Positions 1 to 7,651 of a DNA stretch of 53,346 bases are shown here, piece after piece. Every line of letters starts with the position of its first letter. Positions within the stretch are counted from its first letter, which is position 1. The notes beneath the pieces were generated by a model. It was given only the letters and a program-made list of their open reading frames with translations, was not told the origin of the DNA and made no database searches. A program made the translations under genes and the position numbers. Source of the DNA: a bacterium (lineage in GTDB: Archaea; Thermoplasmatota; Thermoplasmata; Lutacidiplasmatales; UBA184); NCBI GenBank assembly GCA_027309555.1, contig DAIDCO010000006.1:1-53346 (forward strand). The letters are read 5' to 3'.

Positions 1-214
1 GTCTCCAACGCTCCTCGGGCGCCTCGATCCGGCCCGCGCCCTCCCAGTGAGCCCCCGCTTTCCCGAGCTGGAGGAAAAGGACGCTCTGCCCTTCGACCTT
101 CGAGATCGATCGGGCATCACTCCAGAGCCGGACGGTACCCGCCCGCAGCCATCTCCGCAGGGCCTCGTCGGGAAAGCCGAGGAAGACCCAGCCGGAGGGA
201 TGTTCGGCGAACAT
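1..214 (-). CDS. hypothetical protein, 5' end present, 3' end runs off the window
   Basis: Absent from the ORF track because there is no stop in the window. ATG at 214 (complement) opens MFAEHPSGWVFLGFPDEALRRWLRAGTVRLWSDARSISKVEGQSVLFLQLGK... Composition is balanced and Trp-containing. By hand count its third-position GC is higher than the competing + frame. No family recognised. Confidence 0.35.
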   Translation of the reverse strand, partial: MFAEHPSGWVFLGFPDEALRRWLRAGTVRLWSDARSISKVEGQSVLFLQLGKAGAHWEGAGRIEAPEERWR

Positions 215-253
215 ACGTACCCGTAGAGCGTCCCCCGGCGGCGCGACGCCCGC

Positions 254-586
254 CTAGATCGGCCCGCCGCCGATCGGCCCGGAGATCCAGTTCCAAAAGT
301 CGTCCCGCCAGAAGTCGACCTCCTCGGGGACCCGGCGCAGCTCGAGGGGGTGGAGACCGGCGGCCTCCGCGGCGCGGAGTTCCCCCCGCAGTTGGTCGAC
401 CGCGTGGGCCGAGAGCCGATCCAGGGTCGCGGAGAGCGCGGACTTGAACCCGACATCGAGGAGGCGCGTCGGATGGCGCAGGACCAGTCGGAAATGGTGC
501 GCTCGGGTACCCTCGACCTCGAGCACCTGCCACTCGAGAGGCTCGTGACGCGCCCGTTGGAGCTCGAACGCAGCAAGATTCCCCAA
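254..586 (-). CDS. hypothetical protein (110 aa, non-ATG start)
   Basis: ORF track 254..586. Natural-looking composition (W/F/H present). The only possible starts are TTG 586 or GTG 526, and there is no internal Met. The antisense + ORF 350..784 has equally high GC3, so strand choice is not certain. Confidence 0.4.
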   Translation of the reverse strand: MGNLAAFELQRARHEPLEWQVLEVEGTRAHHFRLVLRHPTRLLDVGFKSALSATLDRLSAHAVDQLRGELRAAEAAGLHPLELRRVPEEVDFWRDDFWNWISGPIGGGPI

Positions 587-870
587 GGCGCGGGCGACGA
601 ACCGCTCGTCGTCGAGCCCCGGGCGGAGGAAGATGCCGACTTCGATCCCCTGCGACGTGTCGCGTCAACCCCTCCGGGTGCTATAGCTTCGACCGGGAAC
701 CTGACCCCGGAAACACCGGCCGACCGTCCCCGTGCCCGAGCGGCCAAGGGCTGCGGGTCGTGCGGGGGATGCTCCACGCAGTAGGGAGGTCCGATCCCGG
801 GTCGGGCCTCGCGCGGGTAAAGGTTAACGGGCGCGAGGGCGCTCGGCGGACCTCTCTGCTGGCGATCCTG

Positions 871-2013
871 ATGCTTCGACGCTCCCGTCTACCTATCCTC
901 CTCACCCTGGGAGCGGTCGCGGTCGTGCTGGTCCTGCTCTTCCTCTTGGTGGTCGTCGACTCCCCTGCGAGCCCGAGCGGGGCCCCTTCCTCGAGCCGCG
1001 CGATCCCCTACTCCGCCGCTCGCGCCTTGGCCGACTCGCCCGGCCTCTCGTACCAGGGCGGACCGTGGGTGGCGATCCTGGCCGTCGGGCTCGACTCTCC
1101 GAACTTCCTGACGATGCCGCTCAACTCCTCCCTTCTCTCGGGCACGCGATGCCCGTTCGAGCCGGCGCCCGGGGGATCCTCCTTGCTCTCGGTCCCGGCC
1201 TATAGCGGGAACGTTTCGGCCGGGCTGGCCCCGGCGTGGGAAGTCGTCTACCGCAATGCCGCCGGAGACGCCGCGATCGTCTCGGTGACGAGCAGCCAGG
1301 CATCCGTGCTCGGCACCTTCGCGTCCAACCAGTGCGGAGCCCTCTTCGGCATCTTCCCCCCGCTGCCGTCCGACGCCGTCAACAGCACGGTCGCCGGTAG
1401 AGCGGTCTCGCCCTTCGTCCGCAATTTCACGGCAGAGTACGCCGCCCTGTCGGCCGTCTATGCGCTGGGAGGCACGCCCGCCCTTCCGGGGGCAAGTCCC
1501 CGGGCCTTTTGGGCGATCTCGTTCACCACGTGTTCGGTCCTCGCGAGCCCGGGAAGTACCGGCGCGTTGTTCAATGCCACCGTGGACGCGGCGACCGGCC
1601 GGGTGACCTCCGCACAAACGAGGCTCGGCGTCCCGTGCGGCATTCCTACGACGCCGTACTCCCTCGGGGCCGCGTTGGTGCCATCGCCGGCGACCCTCAA
1701 CGGAACCCTCCACGTCGACTCGTCGGTGGTCGCAGACGCGTCCGATGGGATCACCGGGGCGAATCCGTCGGTCGAGGTTGTGAGCAGGACGACGGGCATG
1801 CCCGAGACCGGCGGGCACGTCTCGGCCGAAACGAGCCGCCTCGCGATCATCACCACGTACGACCCCCTCACGTTCTCCCCGTTGGGCGGAAGTACGACTC
1901 CGAACGCCATGGGCGATCAGCTCGTCGTGGCCTCCAGGGCGAATCTGTCGGGCGACTTTCTCCTCCTGGCGGGCGTTGGCTCCTTCGGGGGCACGGGGAA
2001 CCTCGGGCTCTAG
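871..2013 (+). CDS. membrane-anchored or secreted sequon-rich protein, probable surface glycoprotein
   Basis: ORF 760..2013 trimmed to ATG 871. MLRRSRLPILLTLGAVAVVLVLLFLLVV gives a basic n-region plus one hydrophobic anchor, followed by a Ser/Pro linker. At least 7 N-x-S/T sequons (NSS, NVS, NST, NFT, NAT, NGT, NLS). No family recognised. Confidence 0.65.
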   Translation: MLRRSRLPILLTLGAVAVVLVLLFLLVVVDSPASPSGAPSSSRAIPYSAARALADSPGLSYQGGPWVAILAVGLDSPNFLTMPLNSSLLSGTRCPFEPAPGGSSLLSVPAYSGNVSAGLAPAWEVVYRNAAGDAAIVSVTSSQASVLGTFASNQCGALFGIFPPLPSDAVNSTVAGRAVSPFVRNFTAEYAALSAVYALGGTPALPGASPRAFWAISFTTCSVLASPGSTGALFNATVDAATGRVTSAQTRLGVPCGIPTTPYSLGAALVPSPATLNGTLHVDSSVVADASDGITGANPSVEVVSRTTGMPETGGHVSAETSRLAIITTYDPLTFSPLGGSTTPNAMGDQLVVASRANLSGDFLLLAGVGSFGGTGNLGL

Positions 2014-2054
2014 GCTCCGCCGCCCGCTCCCTAGGTCGTGCGGGGGGGCATCGG

Positions 2055-2714
2055 TCAGCCCGAAGGAGTCACGTCCCCGCGGAGACTCATCGGGGGCCCC
2101 TCGAGCATCTTTAGGAGCTCCTCCACGGGCCGGGCGCCGGAGAGGCGAGTGCTGCCGTCGAAAAGGAAGAACGGCACCCCGTCGACCCCGAGTGCCGTCG
2201 CCCGCTGCTCATCCGAGCGGACCTGGAGCGTGAACGCCCGACCGGCGAGCACGCGTCGTGCGTCCGACTCCGAGAGACCCCCCTCGACCGCCAGTCGGAG
2301 AAGCGTCGGGAGATCCGCGAGGTACTCCCCCTCGCAGAAGTACGCGCGCTCGAATCGCTCCTCGAGGGCGGGACGGATCCCGCGAAGCTGGGCGAGCTGC
2401 AGCAGTCGATGCGCGTCGAGCGTGTTCGTCGGGCGCGCTCGCTCGAGGTGGAATCCGAGGCCTTCCTCCGCCGCCAGTCGGGTCAATCGGTCGTTCGCGA
2501 GCTGGGCGTCGCGGACCGAGATGCCGTACTTTTCCGACAGTGCCTCCGGGAGGGTCCGACCGGAGTCTCGCGGAGCTTCGGGGTCGAGTTCGAAGCTTCG
2601 GTACCGGACTTCGATGGTCTGCCGCCCTTCGAAGCGGCTCAACGCGGTCTCGAACCGGCGTCGCCCGAGGTAACACCACGGGCAGATCACGTCGGACCAT
2701 ACCTCGACCTGCAT
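2055..2714 (-). CDS. DsbA/FrnE-family thiol:disulfide oxidoreductase
   Basis: 219 aa with an N-terminal thioredoxin-fold CPWC motif (VWSDVICPWCYLG). The layout matches the DsbA / 2-hydroxychromene-2-carboxylate isomerase family. Confidence 0.88.
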   Translation of the reverse strand: MQVEVWSDVICPWCYLGRRRFETALSRFEGRQTIEVRYRSFELDPEAPRDSGRTLPEALSEKYGISVRDAQLANDRLTRLAAEEGLGFHLERARPTNTLDAHRLLQLAQLRGIRPALEERFERAYFCEGEYLADLPTLLRLAVEGGLSESDARRVLAGRAFTLQVRSDEQRATALGVDGVPFFLFDGSTRLSGARPVEELLKMLEGPPMSLRGDVTPSG

Positions 2715-2840
2715 CGATCGGGGGAGGTGGCCCCGGTGAATAACAGGTCCGTTGCGGCCCCGGAAGCGCGGTGGGAGGCGCGCCCTCGCACCTTAAGAGG
2801 TCCTCCCGGGTCCCGCGGCCGTACCCAACCGAGGATGACC

Positions 2841-2948
2841 ATGACTCCCAAACCTCACCGGCGCGCGAAACCGATCGGAAAGAAGCGTCACCACAAGCAG
2901 CGCCAGCTACGGATCGCGGCCCGGCGTCGTCAGGTCCGCTTGGGCTAG
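2841..2948 (+). CDS. candidate 35-aa Lys/Arg-rich micro-protein
   Basis: MTPKPHRRAKPIGKKRHHKQRQLRIAARRRQVRLG* lies in an otherwise empty 290-nt gap. GAGG sits 6 nt upstream of ATG 2841 (alternative ATG 2835). A TTAAGA box is at 2793..2798 and a C6-AA-G6 hairpin follows the stop. GC3 is only moderate. Confidence 0.35.
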   Translation: MTPKPHRRAKPIGKKRHHKQRQLRIAARRRQVRLG

Positions 2949-3006
2949 CGAGACCGCGAGGTTCGCCCCCCAAGGGGGGTCCGGGTGCGGGGGACCGGAG
3001 CGTTCG

Positions 3007-4128
3007 CTACGGCCCGGTCCGTTCCACGAGCGTCCGGTCGACCTCGGCCACGTTTCGACGTCCGGAGAGCGCCATCGACGTCGCGAGCTCCGTGGCGAGC
3101 AGGGAGAAGTATCGCTCGACCCCGGCTTCGCCGTCAGCGGCGAGCGCCCAGAGGAGGGGCCGCCCGATGCCGACCGCTCGGGCTCCGAGGGCGAGCGCGA
3201 TCAGGATGTCCGAGGCGCGACGGACGCCGCCGTCGAGGTAGACCTCGAGGCTCGACCCGACTGCCGCCACGATGGCTGGCAACGCCTCGAGGCTCGCTAC
3301 CGCTCCATCGAGCTGGCGGCCCCCGTGGTTCGAGACCACGATGCCCCGGACCCCCCTTCGTGCCGCCTCTCGGGCGTCCCGCTCATCCAGCACGCCCTTC
3401 AGGACCACCGGGAGCCGCGTGACCGACCGGATCTGGTCGACGACTTCCCAGGTCGCACCCGCGTCCGAGCGTAGCCGGTACAGCTCTCCCTGTCGTACGG
3501 GGCCCCGGGTCGGAGGCACCACGTCCCGGCCGTTCCCGATCGGTATCGACCCATCGATCGCGAACCCTCCTTCGGACTGCCGGTCCCGCACCGCGAGCAC
3601 CGGGGTATCGACGGTGAGCACGATAGCCGAGAAGCGGGCCCGCTCGGCCCGTTCGATCAACGAACGACTCACCTCGAAATCCGGCTGCAGGTACAGTTGG
3701 AACCATCGCGGTGCTTCTCCGCTGGCCGCCGCGATCTCCTCGAGCGAGCGGGAGCTGAGGGTGCTGTAGGCTCCGAGTACGTGGGCCCGACCGGCGGCCC
3801 GGGCCATGGCCACCTCTCCCTCGGGGTGAACCTGACCCTGGTACGCCATCGGAGCGACCCAGAACGGAACCCCCACGCGAGCGCCCAGGATCTCGGTGTG
3901 CAAGTCGACGGAGGAGACGTCCGCGAGCACCCGCGGTTTGAGGCCCCAGGAACGGAAGGCGTCCCGATTGGCCCGCAGCGTGCGCTCCTCCGATGCGCCT
4001 CCTTGAATGTAGGCCCAGAGAGCGTCGAGCGAGCGTCTCGATGCCGCCTCCTCGAGCTCGCCGAGCGTTCGGAAGGAGGTGATCGGAGGATCCATGGGTC
4101 GCACCGCCCGGCGCCCGGGGAGGCTCAC
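3007..4128 (-). CDS. FMN-dependent alpha-hydroxy-acid oxidase/dehydrogenase (lactate/glycolate/mandelate family)
   Basis: 373 aa with family hallmarks VAPMAYQ, VVSNHGGRQLDG and YLDGGVRRASD. Start is GTG 4128 or ATG 4095. Confidence 0.9.
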   Translation of the reverse strand: MSLPGRRAVRPMDPPITSFRTLGELEEAASRRSLDALWAYIQGGASEERTLRANRDAFRSWGLKPRVLADVSSVDLHTEILGARVGVPFWVAPMAYQGQVHPEGEVAMARAAGRAHVLGAYSTLSSRSLEEIAAASGEAPRWFQLYLQPDFEVSRSLIERAERARFSAIVLTVDTPVLAVRDRQSEGGFAIDGSIPIGNGRDVVPPTRGPVRQGELYRLRSDAGATWEVVDQIRSVTRLPVVLKGVLDERDAREAARRGVRGIVVSNHGGRQLDGAVASLEALPAIVAAVGSSLEVYLDGGVRRASDILIALALGARAVGIGRPLLWALAADGEAGVERYFSLLATELATSMALSGRRNVAEVDRTLVERTGP

Positions 4129-4253
4129 CTCGGTTTGAAGCCATCGCTACCCGCGACGATCCTGCTCCCTCGCTGCCGAGAACTCCCGCGGCGATCGGAG
4201 GGGCAGCGGAGGAGGCGAGCCCCGCAACGACGGGGCTCGGCCAACGACAACCG

Positions 4254-4260
4254 CTAATAG
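4254..4260 (+). promoter_or_regulatory. TATA-like box CTAATAG, 22 nt upstream of gmd GTG 4283
   Basis: An isolated AT-rich heptamer in GC-rich intergenic DNA at the same spacing as the other boxes listed. Confidence 0.4.
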
Positions 4261-4282
4261 CCCGGCTCCTCATCGTCGGCCC

Positions 4283-5281
4283 GTGGCGGACCGTTCGGCC
4301 CTGATCACGGGGATCACGGGACAAGACGGTTCCTATCTAGCGGAGCTGCTGGTCGAAAAAGGCTACCGCGTGTTCGGCCTCGTCCGCCGGCTGAGCACCC
4401 CCAATCTGTCGAACCTCGCCGCGATCGTCGACCGGGTCACCTTGCTCGACGGGGACCTGATCGATCAGTCCTCGCTCAACCAGGCGGTGCTGCGGGCGGA
4501 CCCGCAGGAGGTGTACAATCTCGGCGCCCAGTCGTTCGTGATGGCGTCGTTCAGCCAACCGGCGCTGACGGGCGAGATCACCGGGCTCGGGACCCTCCGC
4601 CTCCTGGAAGCGGTGAAGGCGCATGCCCCCACGGCGCGCGTCTACCAGGCATCGTCGAGCGAGATGTTCGGCCATGTCGAGCGGGAGCCCCAGGACGAGT
4701 CGACGCCGTTCCATCCTCGGAGCCCGTACGGCGTCGCCAAGGTGTACAGCTACTGGGCGGCGATCAACTATCGCGAGGCCTACTCGCTGTACGTCGCGAA
4801 CGGGATCCTCTTCAATCACGAGAGCCCCCGGCGCGGGCTCGAGTTCGTGACCCGAAAGATCACCGACGGGGTGGCTCGGATCCGGGCCGGTCGGGCGACG
4901 AGGATCACGCTGGGCAACCTCGATGCCCGTCGGGACTGGGGGTACGCCCCCGATTATGTCGACTTCATGTGGCGGACCCTTCAGCACTCCCGGCCCGACG
5001 ACTTCGTCGGCGCGACAGGGACCGCGCATTCGGTCCGGGAGTTCGCGGAAGCGGCGTTCCGGGCGGCCGGTATCCGGGACTGGGAACGCTACGTAAGGAC
5101 CGACCCCGCCCTTCACCGGCCCGCCGAGGTCTACAACCTCCGGGGCGATCCCTCGAAGGCCGCTCGGGAGCTTGGATGGCGGGCGTCGACCTCTTTCGAA
5201 GAGCTCGTGCGCCTCATGGTGGAGGCCGACCTCGAGCGCTACCACATCGACCCGAAAGGTGCCCCGGCCCCCGGGAGATGA
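4283..5281 (+). CDS. gmd: GDP-mannose 4,6-dehydratase
   Basis: 332 aa with near-textbook motifs: ALITGITGQDGSYLAELL, YQASSSEMFG, RSPYGVAKVY, NGILFNHESPRRG, FVTRKIT. GTG start lies 22 nt after a CTAATAG box. Confidence 0.95.
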   Translation: MADRSALITGITGQDGSYLAELLVEKGYRVFGLVRRLSTPNLSNLAAIVDRVTLLDGDLIDQSSLNQAVLRADPQEVYNLGAQSFVMASFSQPALTGEITGLGTLRLLEAVKAHAPTARVYQASSSEMFGHVEREPQDESTPFHPRSPYGVAKVYSYWAAINYREAYSLYVANGILFNHESPRRGLEFVTRKITDGVARIRAGRATRITLGNLDARRDWGYAPDYVDFMWRTLQHSRPDDFVGATGTAHSVREFAEAAFRAAGIRDWERYVRTDPALHRPAEVYNLRGDPSKAARELGWRASTSFEELVRLMVEADLERYHIDPKGAPAPGR

Positions 5282-5363
5282 CCTCCTTGGCCCCCCTCGG
5301 GGCTTTGCGCCGCCCCCCGGCGAAGACCTCGCACGTTCGAGTGTGAGGGGTGGGGGGATTCCC

Positions 5364-6356
5364 ATGGGATCTAGACCAACGGTCGCGGTGGTGGTGACCG
5401 CCTACCGTCGCCGAGAGTTCTATCTTCGCGCGGTCGATTCGGCGCTCCGACTCGACCCGGGACCGTTCTCCGTCGAGTACCTGCTCCTGCGGGACTTCGA
5501 GGATCCCGAGGTCGACCGGACGCTCGCCGCACGGGGGGTGCGGGTCGTCTCCGCCACCTCCCCGCGGGTCGGGGGGACCCTGGGGAAAGCCCTCGACCGG
5601 AGCGATGCCGAGTACTTCGCCTTCCTGGATGACGACGACCTCTGGTTGCCGACCCGGCTCCTAGGGTTCGCCGAGGTCCAGGCGGCGGTCCCCGACCTCG
5701 CGTACTACCACAACGGATTCCGGCTGTTCTCGGACCCCGCTCCGGCCAGGGAGGAGGGTGCCGAACCCCCCACCGGCCACCCCGGGGCCCGCGAGGGCAC
5801 GTGGTCCGTTCATCGGGAGTCCGACGGCGACCGGCTCCTGGCGTTTCTGGCCTCGGGCAATCAGGAGCGCAACTTCAGTTCCACGGTCGTCCATCGCTCA
5901 GCGTTCGAGCGGATCCGGACCGAGCTCGAGGAGCTCCCCGCGATGACCGACACGTGCGCGTTGTTCGCGGGACTGCTGTCGGGAGGTCCGCTGGCGTTCG
6001 ACGACCGGGTGTTCACCCTGGTCCGACGGCACCGACAGAACGTGTCGAAGACCGTCGGGGACATCCGGCTCCGCGCGGAAGCGCTCCAGCTCTTCGGGTC
6101 GATGACCTCCCGCGTCGGCCGATCCCCTACGGCCGCCCAGTACCTCCGGCTGCGCGTGGCCCGGGAGCAGATCTACAACCGGGTCCTCGGAGGCGCGAGC
6201 TCTCCGCGAGAGCTCCTCGAGGCCACCGGGGAGGTCCTGCGCTTCGGGCTTCGCCATCGCAGCCTCCGGGATCTCCAGTTCGTGGCTCTGGCGGTCGGCG
6301 GGCTCCTCGCCCCGTTCTCGATCCCCGCGCAGCGCCGGTGGCTGGTACCGAACTAG
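5364..6356 (+). CDS. family 2 (GT-A) glycosyltransferase
   Basis: ORF 5172..6356 trimmed to ATG 5364, which is preceded by GAGGGGTGGGGGG. PTVAVVVTAYRRREF and FLDDDD (DxD) fit a GT2 N-terminal domain. Confidence 0.8.
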   Translation: MGSRPTVAVVVTAYRRREFYLRAVDSALRLDPGPFSVEYLLLRDFEDPEVDRTLAARGVRVVSATSPRVGGTLGKALDRSDAEYFAFLDDDDLWLPTRLLGFAEVQAAVPDLAYYHNGFRLFSDPAPAREEGAEPPTGHPGAREGTWSVHRESDGDRLLAFLASGNQERNFSSTVVHRSAFERIRTELEELPAMTDTCALFAGLLSGGPLAFDDRVFTLVRRHRQNVSKTVGDIRLRAEALQLFGSMTSRVGRSPTAAQYLRLRVAREQIYNRVLGGASSPRELLEATGEVLRFGLRHRSLRDLQFVALAVGGLLAPFSIPAQRRWLVPN

Positions 6357-6490
6357 ACCGTGCCCCCGGGTCGGCCACCGCGAAGGAGGTCGTCCTCCGC
6401 GCGGGGGGGATCTCCGCCTTGCCGAGGCCACCCCTCGTGGAGAAAGGGCGGAGCAGAGAGCTTCCTCACGGATTGCGCTTCCCGCACGAG

Positions 6491-6498
6491 GGTTAAGA
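6491..6498 (+). promoter_or_regulatory. TATA-like box GGTTAAGA, 25 nt upstream of ATG 6524
   Basis: Same GGTTAA core as at 14962..14969 (complement) and 822..828. Confidence 0.5.
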
Positions 6499-6523
6499 AG
6501 CCGGACCGTCTGGAAACCCGAGA

Positions 6524-7651
6524 ATGACCGGAGCGAGGGGCTCGGCAGCGACGGCTCCGGACTCCGGCAGCTCCGCGCGCCGGCTCACGCTGATCAGCTA
6601 CCGATTGCGACGCGACAGCGGGGAGTCCCGTCTCACCTTCAACCTCGCCCGGGGCCTCCGGGACCGGGGTTTCGCCCCGGTGGTCCTCAGCCTCGACGCG
6701 AGCGCCGAGGTCCGGGAGGAGTACCGCACTGCCGGTGTCGACCTGCGGGTCGATGCCGGAAGCTGGGGAGCGCAGCAGGACTGGCAGATGATGGCCTACC
6801 GTCCCACGCTGGCCCGACGAGTCGCCCGGATGGCCCGCGGGCTTCCGCCGTCCGAAGTGTACTTGGTCGTCCAGGATGCCGCGATCCCCGTGGCGGCCGA
6901 GCCGCTGCCCGGCCGCACCGCATATCTCTGCAACGGCGACATGCAGCTACTGCTCCTCGACCCGGGGTTCCGCGCTGCCCATCGATGGGGCACGACCGTG
7001 CTGAGCGCCCGGTTCGTGCGGGCGCTCGAACATCACTCCGCGCTCGTTCGACGATTTGACCGAGTGCTCGCCAACAGCGAGTTCACTCGCGGACTGATGT
7101 CGTTCCTCTACGACGCTGCGATCGAGGGCGTGGTCTACCCTCCGGTCGACACCCGCCTCTTCGCGCCGGGGACCCCGGCGACCGAGTCCCCGCCGTACGC
7201 CCTCGCGGTGCTCAAGAGCCCGGCCGAACCGGCGTACCGGGCGATCGCCCGCATCGCGCAGCAGGTCCGGGTCCGGATCATCGGCCGGGCCACGGCGCCC
7301 CACGCGGAAACGCTCGGGCTCCTCGACGACGCGGCCCTCGTCGAACAGTACCGGGGGGCCCGAGTGACGCTCTCCCCATCGTTCCGGGAGTTCTTCGGGT
7401 ACGCCCTGGCCGAATCCATGGCCTGCGGGACGCCGTGCGTGGCGTTCGATCAAGGTGGGGCCCATGAGATCGTCCGACCGGGGCACGACGGCTGGCTCGT
7501 CCGCTCGGAGCCCGAACTCGAACGAGTCGTGACCGAACAACTGTGCCAACCGCCCGACCCCGCGCTGCGGGCCCGATGCGTGGAGTCGGCGCGGCGCTTT
7601 TCGATCGACGCTTCGACCGACGCCCTCACGAAGCATCTCGGCCTATCATGA
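6524..7651 (+). CDS. family 4 (GT-B) glycosyltransferase
   Basis: 375 aa with the C-terminal signature EFFGYALAESMACGTPCVAFDQGGAHEIV. Confidence 0.85.
   Translation: MTGARGSAATAPDSGSSARRLTLISYRLRRDSGESRLTFNLARGLRDRGFAPVVLSLDASAEVREEYRTAGVDLRVDAGSWGAQQDWQMMAYRPTLARRVARMARGLPPSEVYLVVQDAAIPVAAEPLPGRTAYLCNGDMQLLLLDPGFRAAHRWGTTVLSARFVRALEHHSALVRRFDRVLANSEFTRGLMSFLYDAAIEGVVYPPVDTRLFAPGTPATESPPYALAVLKSPAEPAYRAIARIAQQVRVRIIGRATAPHAETLGLLDDAALVEQYRGARVTLSPSFREFFGYALAESMACGTPCVAFDQGGAHEIVRPGHDGWLVRSEPELERVVTEQLCQPPDPALRARCVESARRFSIDASTDALTKHLGLS

Noticed and set aside
350-784. 144-aa + strand ORF with an ATG start, antisense to 254..586
   Set aside because: Its GC3 equals that of the complement ORF, so codon bias cannot decide. 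It is rejected provisionally because it runs across the divergent intergenic region into the next gene's upstream region, and its composition is more E/R/P-biased. This remains a genuine uncertainty.
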